Source: Bacteroidota bacterium (lineage in GTDB: Bacteria; Bacteroidota; Bacteroidia; Chitinophagales; Chitinophagaceae). From it: a DNA stretch of 64,000 bases. Positions 1-10,342 of the stretch are shown one piece after another. The notes under the pieces were generated by a model that was not told the DNA's origin, did not search any database, and saw only the letters and a list, made by a program, of their open reading frames with translations. Positions within the stretch are counted from its first letter, which is position 1, and each line of letters begins with the position of its first letter. The DNA is taken from positions 5,569 to 69,568 of the forward strand of contig JBANFX010000017.1 of assembly GCA_037975805.1 (NCBI GenBank), read 5' to 3'. The position numbers were made by a program, and so were the translations under genes.

Positions 1-1
1 T

Positions 2-955
2 ATTGTTCCTGAATTTTTAATGTTATTACATGGCGTCATTGATAGTCCGGATATTCCTTTAAATGTAAGCCGTAGCTATTTACAAGGCGATCCGAATGTT
101 AAAAAAATTAATGCACACATTACTAAAAAGGTCGCAGACAAGCTAGAAGAAATATTTAACAATGATCGTAAGTCATTTGAAGATAAGTGGGAAAGCTTAG
201 GGTTATTTGTAAAATATGGCATGATCACAGATGATAAATTCTTGGAGAAAGCAAACAAATTTTTGATTTTAGAAGATGCAGCTGAAAAAGGCAAATTTTA
301 TACTTTAGACGAGTACAAGGCTGCTACAGAAGCTTCTCAAAAAAACAAAGATGGCAAACAGGTATTGTTATATACTACTAATCCGGTTCAGCAAGATGCA
401 TTCATTCAAGCAGCAGTAGGCAAGGGTTATAAAGTAGTAAAATTAGAAACTATGGTAGATGCCGCCTTCATTAATAATGTAGAAATGAAATGGGAAGGTG
501 TTCAGTTTGTAAGAGTAGACGCGGATGTAGTAGATAATTTAATTGATAAGCAAGAAAACGTTGATTCTGTTTTAAGCAAAGAAGAAGTAGAGCAAGCAAA
601 AAAATTATTTGAATTCCAAGTGCCGGAAATTACTTTAACTGTAGAGGTGAAAGGATTGAGTGCAGATGCAGCTCCAGTGATTGCAACCCGACCTGAATTT
701 ATGCGTCGTATGAAAGATATGGCAAGTATGGGTGGCGGAGGTATGACTGCGTTTTATGCACAAATGCCTGACGAGGTACATTTGACAATTAATGGTAACC
801 ATCCAATATACCAGGCCTTGTTAAAAGAAACAGATACGGATAAGCAACAAAAACAGGCACGTAATTTAGCAGACTTGGCTTTATTGTCCCAAGGGTTATT
901 AAATGGGGCTGAACTAACTAATTTTATCAATAGAAGTGTAGACTTGTTAAAATAA
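2..955 (+). CDS. htpG: Hsp90-family chaperone HtpG, C-terminal part (5' truncated by window edge)
   Basis: Frame is open from position 2 (IVPEFL-MLLHG...). It carries the GVIDSPDIPLNVSRSYLQ middle-domain motif and the RPEFMRRMKDM and LTINGNHP C-terminal motifs. Confidence 0.93.
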   Translation: MVPEFLMLLHGVIDSPDIPLNVSRSYLQGDPNVKKINAHITKKVADKLEEIFNNDRKSFEDKWESLGLFVKYGMITDDKFLEKANKFLILEDAAEKGKFYTLDEYKAATEASQKNKDGKQVLLYTTNPVQQDAFIQAAVGKGYKVVKLETMVDAAFINNVEMKWEGVQFVRVDADVVDNLIDKQENVDSVLSKEEVEQAKKLFEFQVPEITLTVEVKGLSADAAPVIATRPEFMRRMKDMASMGGGGMTAFYAQMPDEVHLTINGNHPIYQALLKETDTDKQQKQARNLADLALLSQGLLNGAELTNFINRSVDLLK

Positions 956-994
956 AAGCTTTCTCTTACTTGATTGGTTTTATTTGGTAAGACT

Positions 995-1028
995 AAAAAA
1001 GCGACCTTGTTATAGGTCGCTTTTTTTA
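995..1028. terminator. Bidirectional intrinsic terminator between convergent htpG and recJ
   Basis: AAAAAA-GCGACCT-tgttat-AGGTCGC-TTTTTTTT. Confidence 0.88.
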
Positions 1029-1073
1029 TGTGCTAGCTACAATATTTTTTGTTGAATATGAAGCAGGCTATTA

Positions 1074-2777
1074 TTAATTAGCAACACTGGGTTTTACATC
1101 TATCACTTGCATTTGCACTGATTGATTGCCCTGCCATTCATTTAATTGTAATTGAAAAACAAGATCAAAAGGCTTGCCCGATTTTATTGTTTTTAAATGT
1201 TCTGGCATATTATATCCAATGCCACGTACATTGGTTTTCCCTTGCGTGACACTAAAACTAATATGTTGATCCTTAACTAGTTTTGTGTAACCAGTATCAT
1301 ACACTCCTTTAGCTATAAATAATGGTCGCATATTGTCAGGCCCAAAGGGTTCCATTTGCGCAATAATATTATAAAACGTTATACCAATATCGTCTAAAGG
1401 AAGGGTAGCATTAATTGTTATTTCTGGTGTTAATTGTTCCTCGGTAATACGCGCTGCAACTGCTGCTTCAAAAGCAATTTTAAAATCTTCGAGTGCATCA
1501 ACCGACATGGTCATGCCTGCCGCAGCAAAATGACCACCGTATCCAATTAAATGCGTTCTGCATGCATGAAGTGCTTCATATAAGTTAAATCCATTCACAC
1601 TCCTTGCACTACCCGTTATAACATCGCCACTTTGTGTAAGTACAATGGTTGGTTTATAATACTTTTCAATTAATCTACTTGCTACTATTCCCACTACACC
1701 TTTATGCCAGTGGGGTTGAAAAACAACAGTAGATTTCTTAGTATCATGTAATGGGTCGTCTTCTATTTGCGCCAAAGCCTCTTCTGTAATAGTTGTATCT
1801 GCTTCTCTTCTATCTAAATTATCTTGCTGTAACACCGATCCAAAAGCGAGTGCTTTTTCATAATCAGGTTCAATAAATAGTTGTACCGCCTTTTTTGCAT
1901 CGTCCATTCTGCCAGCAGCGTTAATGCGGGGTGCTACCGCAAAAACTAAATTGGTAATGCGCATTGGGCCAGTTTGTTTTGCTAGTTCCATTAATGCTTT
2001 TAAACCAGGTGAAGGATTGTCATTTACTTTTTGGACGCCAAAAAATGCCAATGTCCTATTTTCTTCAGTAATAGGGACAATATCCGCAGCAATTGCGGTA
2101 GCTACTAAATCTAAATATTGCAAATAAGATTCAGTTGGCATATTGTATTCCATTGCCAAGGCAGAAATTAATTTAAAAACAACACCGCAACCGCACAATT
2201 CTTTGTAAGGGTAATTACAATCGGTTTGTTTCGCATTTAAAATAGCAACTGCAGGAGGTAAAATTTCATCAGGTAAATGGTGGTCACAAATAATGAAGTC
2301 CATCCCCAATGATTTCGCATATGTAATAAGTTCGGTTGATTTGATACCACAGTCAACAGAAATGATTAAATCAAATTCATTTTCTTTAGCAAAATCAATT
2401 CCAATTTTTGAAATTCCATATCCCTCTTTATACCTGTGCGGTATATAATAATCTATATTTTGTGAAAGCTGTTTTAAAAACTGAAAAAGAGTGGCAACCG
2501 AAGTGGTTCCATCAACATCGTAATCGCCAAAAACCAATATTTTTTGCTTGCCAACAACAGCATCCTTGATTCTATCTACTGCTTTACGCATGTCTTTCAT
2601 TAACCAAGGATCATGCAAATGATTGAGGCTAGGACGAAAAAATTGTTTGGCTGCCTCAAAATTGCTAATTCCTCTTTGTACTAATAACTCACAAAGTATA
2701 GGATGTATTTTTAGTGCATCTTGTAAGGTGCGCACACTTGCAGGATCTGCTGATATAAGGTTCCATCTTTTTTCCAT
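1074..2777 (-). CDS. recJ: Single-stranded-DNA-specific exonuclease RecJ
   Basis: GDYDVDG, DCG, DHH, PRINAAGR and GGHFAAAG (DHHA1) motifs; 567 aa. Confidence 0.96.
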   Translation of the reverse strand: MEKRWNLISADPASVRTLQDALKIHPILCELLVQRGISNFEAAKQFFRPSLNHLHDPWLMKDMRKAVDRIKDAVVGKQKILVFGDYDVDGTTSVATLFQFLKQLSQNIDYYIPHRYKEGYGISKIGIDFAKENEFDLIISVDCGIKSTELITYAKSLGMDFIICDHHLPDEILPPAVAILNAKQTDCNYPYKELCGCGVVFKLISALAMEYNMPTESYLQYLDLVATAIAADIVPITEENRTLAFFGVQKVNDNPSPGLKALMELAKQTGPMRITNLVFAVAPRINAAGRMDDAKKAVQLFIEPDYEKALAFGSVLQQDNLDRREADTTITEEALAQIEDDPLHDTKKSTVVFQPHWHKGVVGIVASRLIEKYYKPTIVLTQSGDVITGSARSVNGFNLYEALHACRTHLIGYGGHFAAAGMTMSVDALEDFKIAFEAAVAARITEEQLTPEITINATLPLDDIGITFYNIIAQMEPFGPDNMRPLFIAKGVYDTGYTKLVKDQHISFSVTQGKTNVRGIGYNMPEHLKTIKSGKPFDLVFQLQLNEWQGNQSVQMQVIDVKPSVAN

Positions 2778-3739
2778 TAGTAAGCGCGGTCGGTTGTGTA
2801 ACGAACTAATTCTTCTAAAGCCGATCGGGAAGGACTTTCAGGAAAGCCATGCAAAATAGCGAGTGCTTTATCGCGGTATTCAATCATTTTATTGGTAGCA
2901 TATTCAATGCCTCCATTGGAAACAACATTGTCAATAACAAATTTTACTTTCTTTTTATCGTTATTATTGTTTTTTACAATGTTAATGATTTCTTTCTTTA
3001 AATCAGGGCTCACTTTTTGTAATATATGTATCAACGGAAGTGTTAACTTTTTTTCTTTAATATCATTACCGGTTGGCTTCCCCACTGCAACATCTCCGTA
3101 ATCAAATAAGTCATCTTTAATTTGGAAAGCCATTCCAACCATTTCACCAAAATCACGCATTTGTTGTATAATATTATCATCTTTGGTAACCGATGCGGCT
3201 CCAGCACCACAACTCGAAGCCAACAAGCTGGCTGTTTTGCCATTGATGATTTCATAATATACCGACTCATCAAAATTTAAATTTCTAGTTTTCTCTATTT
3301 GCAATAATTCTCCTTCACTCATTTTTTTTACTGCGTTGGAGAGAATCGTTAAAATTTCGAAATCTTTATTTTCAAGTGAGAGCAGAAGGCCTTTTGATAG
3401 TAAGTAATCGCCAACCAAGACTGCAATTTTATTTTTCCATAAAGCATTGATAGAAAACATGCCTCGTCTTTCCAATGCATCATCCACTACGTCATCGTGC
3501 ACCAAAGTGGCTGTGTGTAATAATTCAACGAGGCTGGCAGCTCGATAAGATGAAGCTGAAATTTCACCATGCAGTTTTGCAGAGAGCAATACAAACATAG
3601 GACGCATTTGTTTACCCTTGCGTTTAACAATGTATTGCATAATTCTGTCCAAAAGCGACACCCTGCTTTTAACAGCAGCTTTAAAATGCTTTTCAAATTC
3701 ATCCAACTCTCTTCCAATAACCTCTTTAGCTAATTTCAT
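2777..3739 (-). CDS. ispB: Polyprenyl (octaprenyl-type) diphosphate synthase
   Basis: GKQMRP, HDDVVDD (FARM), RRG and QIKDDLFD (SARM) motifs. TAATG overlap with recJ. Confidence 0.88.
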   Translation of the reverse strand: MKLAKEVIGRELDEFEKHFKAAVKSRVSLLDRIMQYIVKRKGKQMRPMFVLLSAKLHGEISASSYRAASLVELLHTATLVHDDVVDDALERRGMFSINALWKNKIAVLVGDYLLSKGLLLSLENKDFEILTILSNAVKKMSEGELLQIEKTRNLNFDESVYYEIINGKTASLLASSCGAGAASVTKDDNIIQQMRDFGEMVGMAFQIKDDLFDYGDVAVGKPTGNDIKEKKLTLPLIHILQKVSPDLKKEIINIVKNNNNDKKKVKFVIDNVVSNGGIEYATNKMIEYRDKALAILHGFPESPSRSALEELVRYTTDRAY

Positions 3740-3749
3740 GGAGCGAATT

Positions 3750-4412
3750 TTATGGGTTTAGCATATTAAAATGTAATGCCCCGAAATTTTGCAATGAAGA
3801 AAGTTTTAAATCTGCTGCGCCCCAATGTTCAAGTTTAATATCTTCAGCAGCAGGTACCACTACGCAAGTCATTCTCGCCGCTTTCGCTGCAATCATTCCA
3901 TAAAAAGAATCTTCGAAACATATACAAGCAAATGGGTTGGTATGCATGGCTGTGGCGCAATCTAAATATACTTGAGGGTGTGGCTTTGCAAATGGCAAAT
4001 GCTGTGCGGAACAACTTGCATGTATATAACTTCTGATGCCCAATTTGTCTTTCACCCATTCAATTAATTCAATAGGTGAAGAACTGGCTAATCCCATTTT
4101 AAAATCTTGTTGTAAGAAAAACTCAAATACATGTTCAACACCAGGCATTAAAGTTGCTTCTTTGTCGATAAGTTCAAGTGCTAATTCAATTATCTTTTTT
4201 TCTACGACTTCATTTTGACTAACGGGCACATTAAATTTATGCAACCAAAATGCAACAAATTCTTTAGATCTTAAACCCGTTGTAATTGCATATTGTTGTT
4301 GCGTTAAAATAATGCCATATTGTCTAAAAATTTCGGCAGCGGCTTTGTTCCACAAAGGCTCACTGTTAATTAATAATCCATCAATATCAAATATTACCGC
4401 CGACTTTTTCAT
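3750..4412 (-). CDS. HAD-superfamily phosphatase (hexitol phosphatase HxpB/YniC-like)
   Basis: FDIDGLLINSEPLW motif I, LASSS, KPHPQVY and FEDS motifs. Confidence 0.85.
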   Translation of the reverse strand: MKKSAVIFDIDGLLINSEPLWNKAAAEIFRQYGIILTQQQYAITTGLRSKEFVAFWLHKFNVPVSQNEVVEKKIIELALELIDKEATLMPGVEHVFEFFLQQDFKMGLASSSPIELIEWVKDKLGIRSYIHASCSAQHLPFAKPHPQVYLDCATAMHTNPFACICFEDSFYGMIAAKAARMTCVVVPAAEDIKLEHWGAADLKLSSLQNFGALHFNMLNP

Positions 4413-4416
4413 AGCC

Positions 4417-4424
4417 TAAAGATA
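4417..4424 (-). promoter_or_regulatory. Bacteroidota -7 promoter element (TATCTTTA), 4 nt upstream of the ATG
   Basis: Minus strand reads TATCTTTA-ggct-ATG. Confidence 0.55.
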
Positions 4425-4466
4425 CAATATTTGTAGTATCTTGCACTTCTAACAATTGATTGCATA

Positions 4467-5228
4467 ATGTCATTATTTGATCGGTTAAAAAATATCAGAA
4501 TTTTTCGCTCTATCATATATGGCTTAGTAGGTTTGTTCACCTATCCGGGTCTAGCATTATTCAATAAAATTAAAATTGAGGGAGCCGAGCATTTAACCAA
4601 TTTGCCAAGACAAAAAGTACTTTTTGTGAGCAATCATCAAACCTATTTTGGGGATGTAATTGCATTTGTTCATATTTTTTGTGCGTTTAAATGGGGTAAG
4701 TATAACAAATTAGGAATCCCTTATTATTTATTAAACCCATTTACCAATCTTTATTTTGTAGCCGCAGAAGAAACCATGAATAATAATTGGTTGTCAAGAT
4801 TGTTTAAGTTGGGTGGTGCATTAACCGTTAAAAGAACTTGGAGAGCTGAAGGTAAAGATGTAAGTAGAGAAAGAGATACTGTGGATACACAAAAAATTGA
4901 CAAGGCATTGTTAAAAAGTTGGGTAATCACATTTCCGCAAGGAACAACAAAACCATTTGCTCCAGGTAGAAAAGGTACAGCGCATATTATTAAAAACAAT
5001 CGTCCGGTTGTGGTTCCAGTTGTGATTAATGGCTTTTGGCGTGCATTTACAAAAAAAGGACTCACCTTTAAAAAAGTAGGAACTACTTTAACGGTTCGCA
5101 TTAAAGAGCCATTGAGTATTAACTATGATGCGCCAGTGGAAGACATACTTTCACAAGTGATGGAGGCTATAGAACAAAGTAAGGACTTCATGCTTAAGGG
5201 TAAGCACCACGCATTAAAAGAAGCTTAA
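4467..5228 (+). CDS. 1-acyl-sn-glycerol-3-phosphate acyltransferase family protein
   Basis: NHQTYFGD (HX4D) and FPQGT motifs of PlsC-type acyltransferases. Confidence 0.85.
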   Translation: MSLFDRLKNIRIFRSIIYGLVGLFTYPGLALFNKIKIEGAEHLTNLPRQKVLFVSNHQTYFGDVIAFVHIFCAFKWGKYNKLGIPYYLLNPFTNLYFVAAEETMNNNWLSRLFKLGGALTVKRTWRAEGKDVSRERDTVDTQKIDKALLKSWVITFPQGTTKPFAPGRKGTAHIIKNNRPVVVPVVINGFWRAFTKKGLTFKKVGTTLTVRIKEPLSINYDAPVEDILSQVMEAIEQSKDFMLKGKHHALKEA

Positions 5229-5740
5229 TCGTTAGTGAAAAATGCCTTTAATTCTGTGGCATCGTCAGGCTTCATTTTTCCAGATAATATTAATCTCATT
5301 TGGCGACGTCTTAAAGCGCCATCATAATATTTAATTTGTTCTTCCGTTTCTGCAATAATTTCTGGAACTTTTTTGGGTCTTTTATTTTCATCCAAAGCTA
5401 CAAAAGTAAAAAACGCCTCATTGCTTAATACCCTGGTTTGCGTAATCATATTTTGATTCCAAACTTTTAAATGAATTTCCATGGAGGTATTAAATGCACG
5501 TGTAACAATGGCTTCAATGCAAATTACATTTCCCAATTTAATGGGTGTTTTAAAACTAATATTGTCAACCGATGCAGTCATAGCTGCTGAATTACAATGT
5601 TTAGCAGCAGCTAGATAAGCTGCAATATCCATCCAATACATAAGCTTACCTCCCATTAAATCACCAAAAGTGTTGGTGTCGTTTGGTAAAACCAATTCGT
5701 TCATGGTAATAAAAGAATCACCTGCTTTTCTTGCTTCCAT
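5225..5740 (-). CDS. Acyl-CoA thioesterase (hotdog fold, YciA-like)
   Basis: LVLPNDTNTFGDLMGGKLMYWMD and TASVDNISF motifs. Confidence 0.9.
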   Translation of the reverse strand: MEARKAGDSFITMNELVLPNDTNTFGDLMGGKLMYWMDIAAYLAAAKHCNSAAMTASVDNISFKTPIKLGNVICIEAIVTRAFNTSMEIHLKVWNQNMITQTRVLSNEAFFTFVALDENKRPKKVPEIIAETEEQIKYYDGALRRRQMRLILSGKMKPDDATELKAFFTND

Positions 5741-5772
5741 ACTTTGTATTTATACCTCAAAGATACAAATAC

Positions 5773-6876
5773 TTATACAACGCAATGTTCTAGTTTTGAA
5801 AGGTAAGCTGGGTCTACGTTGGCGCCATGGCCTGGGCTGTCGTCAATACTTAAATGCATACCCTTAAATTGGACACCACCAATAATTGGATCGGCCAAAT
5901 GCCCTAATAAACAGGTATCCATATCATAATATTTTACATTGTCATGTGCCATGGCAAAGTGCATTTTTGCACTCAATGCTAAACGACTTTCAAGCATTCC
6001 GCCCATCATACATGTCATATTATTTTCTCCTGCAATCGCCTGTATTTTAATAGCTTCTTGAATACCACCACTTTTTGAAAATTTAATATTAATTAAATGA
6101 CATGCTTTATTGGCAATTAATTTACGGGCATCGTGATGGGTAAAAACCGATTCGTCTGCCATGATTTTTATAGGAGAGGCGGCACATAAAGCGGGTAAAT
6201 AATCGTCATAATATTTGTGCATAGGTTGCTCACAAAATTCAATATCAAAATTGGAAAGGCTTTTTAAAACCGACAAAGCATCTTCCTTGGACCAGCCTTG
6301 ATTGGCGTCAATTCTCAATTTAATATCCTTACCTATAGCCGTTCTAATTTGCTTAATTCTCTCAATATCTGTTGCAGGATCCTTTCCTAGTTTCACTTTA
6401 ATCATGGTAACACCATTGTTCTTAAATGTTAAGGATTGTTCTGCCATTTTTTCGGGACTGTCAATGCCTATTGTTAAATCCGATTCAATGGCTTTTTGTT
6501 TCCCACCTAAAAATGCATATAGAGGAAGGTTGGCAGCTTTTGCAGCAATATCATACAAGGCAATATCAAAAGCACTTTTGATGGTATAATTTCCGGCAAT
6601 TATTTTATCTAGCTCCGATAGTCTTGTTTCAATTTCAAGTGGATTTTTTCCTTTCCAAAAACTTGCAAAATCTTTGGCATGATGGTAGCAGCTGGTTTGT
6701 GTTTCGCCCACAATCATAGGAAAAGCAGAACATTCTCCAAGTCCCATTATTCCTTCGTCCGTAAATATTTTGATAAGTATATTTTGTGCGTATTCCATAG
6801 TCCCTGTAGCGATAGTGAATGGCTCCATAGGGATCTTAAACATGTAAATCTCTGTCTTTGTAATTTTCATATCCAA
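5773..6876 (-). CDS. Dipeptide epimerase (L-Ala-D/L-Glu epimerase, enolase superfamily)
   Basis: KVKLG, DANQG, EQP, DES, NIKFSK and DMD catalytic/metal motifs. Confidence 0.85.
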   Translation of the reverse strand: MDMKITKTEIYMFKIPMEPFTIATGTMEYAQNILIKIFTDEGIMGLGECSAFPMIVGETQTSCYHHAKDFASFWKGKNPLEIETRLSELDKIIAGNYTIKSAFDIALYDIAAKAANLPLYAFLGGKQKAIESDLTIGIDSPEKMAEQSLTFKNNGVTMIKVKLGKDPATDIERIKQIRTAIGKDIKLRIDANQGWSKEDALSVLKSLSNFDIEFCEQPMHKYYDDYLPALCAASPIKIMADESVFTHHDARKLIANKACHLINIKFSKSGGIQEAIKIQAIAGENNMTCMMGGMLESRLALSAKMHFAMAHDNVKYYDMDTCLLGHLADPIIGGVQFKGMHLSIDDSPGHGANVDPAYLSKLEHCVV

Positions 6877-6963
6877 CTAAATTAAATTATAGGATTTTAA
6901 AGGTACTATTTCTTTGTCATTCCCTTTTTCCAACCGATATTTGCCATACGAACTAATGTTAGC

Positions 6964-8154
6964 ATGAACCTATCTTTTGACAATACCCAAAATGCTTTTG
7001 CATACAAGAGTACAGCCGATTTAAAGAAAGCAAAATTTTTAATTAGTGTAATCCAGAACCCATTCATGGTGGCGCTTGCAACAAAGGCAACTCCCATATT
7101 GATGAAATTGGGTTTCCCTTTAAATGGGATTTTAAGAAGTACAGTTTTCCAACAATTTGTGGGGGGTGAAACTTTGGAAGAGTCGGCAAGAACTGCAAAA
7201 TTATTAGGCTCTTATGGTGTACAAGTTATATTAGATTATGGTGTAGAAGCCAAGGAGGGCGAAAGTAATTTTGACGAGGTTACTTCGCATATTATTGAAG
7301 CTATTGATTTTGCTGCAACACAAAATAATATTCCATTTGTTAGTGTAAAATTAACAGGGATAGCAAGTCATATTTTATTAGAACATTTAAATGAATCACC
7401 TCGTTTAAGAAGTGGGATACATGATAGTGAGTCCGAAAATGCTTCATGGCAAAGGGTTAGAGAAAGAATGTATGCGATTTGTGATGTTGCTCAAGAAAGA
7501 GGAGTAGGCATTTTAATTGATGCGGAAGAAACTTGGATACAAGATCCAATTGATCGCCTTGCGATTGAATTAATGCAAGCTTACAATAAAGAAAAAGTAA
7601 TTGTTTACAACACCTATCAATTGTATAGGAATGATCGATTACATTTTTTGCAGCTCTCGCATAAATTAGCGAAAGAAGGCGGATTTATATTAGGTGCGAA
7701 ACTAGTGCGCGGCGCTTATATGGAAAAAGAAAGAGCGCGCGCGTTAAAATTGGGTTATGCTTCGCCAATTCATGTAAACAAAGAAGCAACCGACAAGGAC
7801 TTTGATGCTGCTGCAAAATATTGTTTAGACAACAAGGATTGCATTTCAATGTTATTGGCTTCACATAATGAAGCTAGCAATATTGCAATAGCTACAACAA
7901 TGGAAAATTTAGCACTTCCAAATAATTACAGCCACATTCATTTTTCTCAATTATATGGAATGGGAGATCATATCACATTTAATATGGCAGTTCAAGGATA
8001 TAATGTGAGCAAGTACTTGCCATTTGGCCCTATCAATGAAGTGATTCCATATTTAATGCGTAGAGCCGAGGAAAATACAAGTGTAAATGGCCAAACCAAT
8101 AAGGAATTGGTCCTTTTAAAGAAAGAATTGGCAAGAAGAAAGTCAAAAAAATAG
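6964..8154 (+). CDS. Monofunctional proline dehydrogenase
   Basis: IDAEE, KLVRGAYME, ASHN, QLYGM and YLMRRAEEN motifs; no P5C dehydrogenase domain. Confidence 0.9.
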   Translation: MNLSFDNTQNAFAYKSTADLKKAKFLISVIQNPFMVALATKATPILMKLGFPLNGILRSTVFQQFVGGETLEESARTAKLLGSYGVQVILDYGVEAKEGESNFDEVTSHIIEAIDFAATQNNIPFVSVKLTGIASHILLEHLNESPRLRSGIHDSESENASWQRVRERMYAICDVAQERGVGILIDAEETWIQDPIDRLAIELMQAYNKEKVIVYNTYQLYRNDRLHFLQLSHKLAKEGGFILGAKLVRGAYMEKERARALKLGYASPIHVNKEATDKDFDAAAKYCLDNKDCISMLLASHNEASNIAIATTMENLALPNNYSHIHFSQLYGMGDHITFNMAVQGYNVSKYLPFGPINEVIPYLMRRAEENTSVNGQTNKELVLLKKELARRKSKK

Positions 8155-8233
8155 ATAAACTTTTATTTTTCACAGCTTCTCCCCAACCTATTAAAATGTT
8201 TCTAATTAAGAGGCAATGGTTGTAAATTGCAGC

Positions 8234-9028
8234 ATGCAACAATATTTGACTTTATTACAACATATTTTAGAAGAGGGTACTCAAAAAACAGACAGAACAG
8301 GTACTGGTACCAAGAGTTGTTTTGGATATCAAATGCGCTTTAATCTTGCCGATGGCTTTCCTTTGGTGACTACTAAAAAAGTGCATTTAAAAAGTATTAT
8401 TTACGAATTACTTTGGTTTTTAAATGGCGACACTAATATTAAATATTTGAAAGAAAATGGTGTGCGCATTTGGGATGAGTGGGCAGACGCTAATGGCGAT
8501 TTAGGACCCGTATATGGTAAGCAATGGAGAAGTTGGGAAGGCGCCAATGGCGTGGTGGTTGATCAAATCACAGAGCTTATAGAGCAAATAAAAAAAACGC
8601 CCGATAGTAGACGTTTAATAGTGAGTGCATGGAACGTGGGTGATTTAAAAAAGATGGCATTAATGCCTTGTCATAATATGTTTCAGTTTTATGTGGCAGA
8701 TGGTAAGTTGAGTTGCCAGTTGTATCAACGAAGTGCAGATGTTTTTTTAGGAGTGCCTTTTAATATTGCATCTTATGCTTTATTAACTATGATGATTGCA
8801 CAGGTTTGTGAATTACAGTATGGCGATTTTGTGCATAGTTTTGGAGATGTGCATTTATACAATAATCATTTTGAACAAGCAAAGCTTCAATTATCTAGAA
8901 AACCTTTTCCTTTGCCAACAATGAAAATAAATCCTGAAGTAAAGAATATATTTTCATTCAAATTCGAAGATTTCACACTTGAAAATTACGAGTGTCATCC
9001 AGGTATTAAAGCACCAGTTGCTGTATAA
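8234..9028 (+). CDS. thyA: Thymidylate synthase
   Basis: DRTGTGT, ALMPCH, YQRSAD and GVPFNIASY motifs. Start moved to ATG 8234 (MQQYL), which lies just after the TAAATTGC promoter element at 8223-8230. Confidence 0.97.
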   Translation: MQQYLTLLQHILEEGTQKTDRTGTGTKSCFGYQMRFNLADGFPLVTTKKVHLKSIIYELLWFLNGDTNIKYLKENGVRIWDEWADANGDLGPVYGKQWRSWEGANGVVVDQITELIEQIKKTPDSRRLIVSAWNVGDLKKMALMPCHNMFQFYVADGKLSCQLYQRSADVFLGVPFNIASYALLTMMIAQVCELQYGDFVHSFGDVHLYNNHFEQAKLQLSRKPFPLPTMKINPEVKNIFSFKFEDFTLENYECHPGIKAPVAV

Positions 9029-9039
9029 CACAAATAAAT

Positions 9040-9531
9040 ATGAATATAACCCTTGTAGTTGCTGCTTCCCAAAACAATGCTATTGGTAAAGACAATCAAT
9101 TGCTTTGGCATTTGCCTAAGGATATGCGATTTTTCAAAAACACTACTTGGGCTCTGCCAATATTAATGGGAAGAAAAACCTTTGAGTCCATGGGGAGTAA
9201 ATTGTTGCCGGGCCGACTCAATATTATACTCACCACAAAGCAAGGTTTAAAAATTGAAGGCGCAGAAGTGGTAAATTCTATTCAGCAAGCAATACATCTT
9301 GCCCAAAAAAATGATTATAAAGAATTAATGGTGATTGGCGGTGGGCAGGTTTATGAAATGGCTTTGCCTTTAGCCAATAAAATTTGGTTAACAAGAGTAC
9401 ATACGCATATTGAAGGTGATACTTTCTTTCCTGTTTTAGGCAGTGAATGGGAAAAACAATCAACCGAATCGAATGCTAACGATGAAAAGCATGCATATGC
9501 TTTTGATTTTGAATGTTGGCAAAGAAAATAA
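9040..9531 (+). CDS. folA: Dihydrofolate reductase
   Basis: IGKDNQLLWHLPKD, MGRKTFES, LPGR, IGGG and GDTFFP motifs; directly follows thyA. Confidence 0.96.
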   Translation: MNITLVVAASQNNAIGKDNQLLWHLPKDMRFFKNTTWALPILMGRKTFESMGSKLLPGRLNIILTTKQGLKIEGAEVVNSIQQAIHLAQKNDYKELMVIGGGQVYEMALPLANKIWLTRVHTHIEGDTFFPVLGSEWEKQSTESNANDEKHAYAFDFECWQRK

Positions 9532-9534
9532 TTT

Positions 9535-10332
9535 ATGTATTCAACTTTTACATTGCTAAGTAAATATCTGCAGTATTTAATGAGGGCAGAGAATGGGAAA
9601 GGGCATGGTGTTCATTCCCCTTTTGTATTTTCTTTTATCAAAGAAGTACTCAATAATAAGCAAGTAACGCCCCTAGCTATTCAAATTGAAGCACAAAGAA
9701 AAGCTTTAGAAAGTAATACGCAAAAAATACAAGTATGGGATAGGGGCGCTGGATCAAGACAAAACAATCAAACTGAAAGAGCCGTTAAGCAAATTGCAAA
9801 AACAGCATTAAAGCCTAAAAAGTATAGCCAACTTTTACATAAAATTGTTGCTTATTATAAGCCTGCACAAATACTAGAGCTGGGCACTTCTTTAGGCATA
9901 ACCACTTGTTATTTAGCAGCTGGAAACATAAATGCAAGTGTAGTCACCTTGGAAGGTGCGCCTAATGTGGCTGCTATTGCAAAAGAAACATTTAATGCAG
10001 TTGGATTGCATCATGTACAATTAATGGAAGGGGACTTTAATAAAACTTTGCCAGCATATTTGAATCAATTGGATTGGGTAGGACTTGCATATGTTGATGG
10101 TAATCATAGGTATGAGCCTACCATGCTATATTTTAAAAGCCTACTTGAAAAATCAACAGAAGATTCGATCTTAATTTTCGATGATATTCACTGGAGTGAT
10201 GAAATGGAAAAAGCATGGGATGAAATAAAATTACACCCTGCTGTTACTTTAACCATTGATTTATTTTTTATAGGTTTGGTATTTGTACGAAAAGCACAAA
10301 AGGAGAAAGAACATTTTATCATTAGATATTAA
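9535..10332 (+). CDS. Class I SAM-dependent methyltransferase
   Basis: GHGVHSPFVF N-terminus, LELGTSLG SAM-binding motif, YVDGNH and FDDIHWS. Confidence 0.82.
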   Translation: MYSTFTLLSKYLQYLMRAENGKGHGVHSPFVFSFIKEVLNNKQVTPLAIQIEAQRKALESNTQKIQVWDRGAGSRQNNQTERAVKQIAKTALKPKKYSQLLHKIVAYYKPAQILELGTSLGITTCYLAAGNINASVVTLEGAPNVAAIAKETFNAVGLHHVQLMEGDFNKTLPAYLNQLDWVGLAYVDGNHRYEPTMLYFKSLLEKSTEDSILIFDDIHWSDEMEKAWDEIKLHPAVTLTIDLFFIGLVFVRKAQKEKEHFIIRY

Positions 10333-10342
10333 ATTATTTCAT

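Noticed and set aside
5773-8154. Functional link between the dipeptide epimerase and the divergent proline dehydrogenase
   Set aside because: No shared operator is visible and no peptidoglycan-recycling or P5C dehydrogenase partner is nearby. The adjacency is probably incidental.
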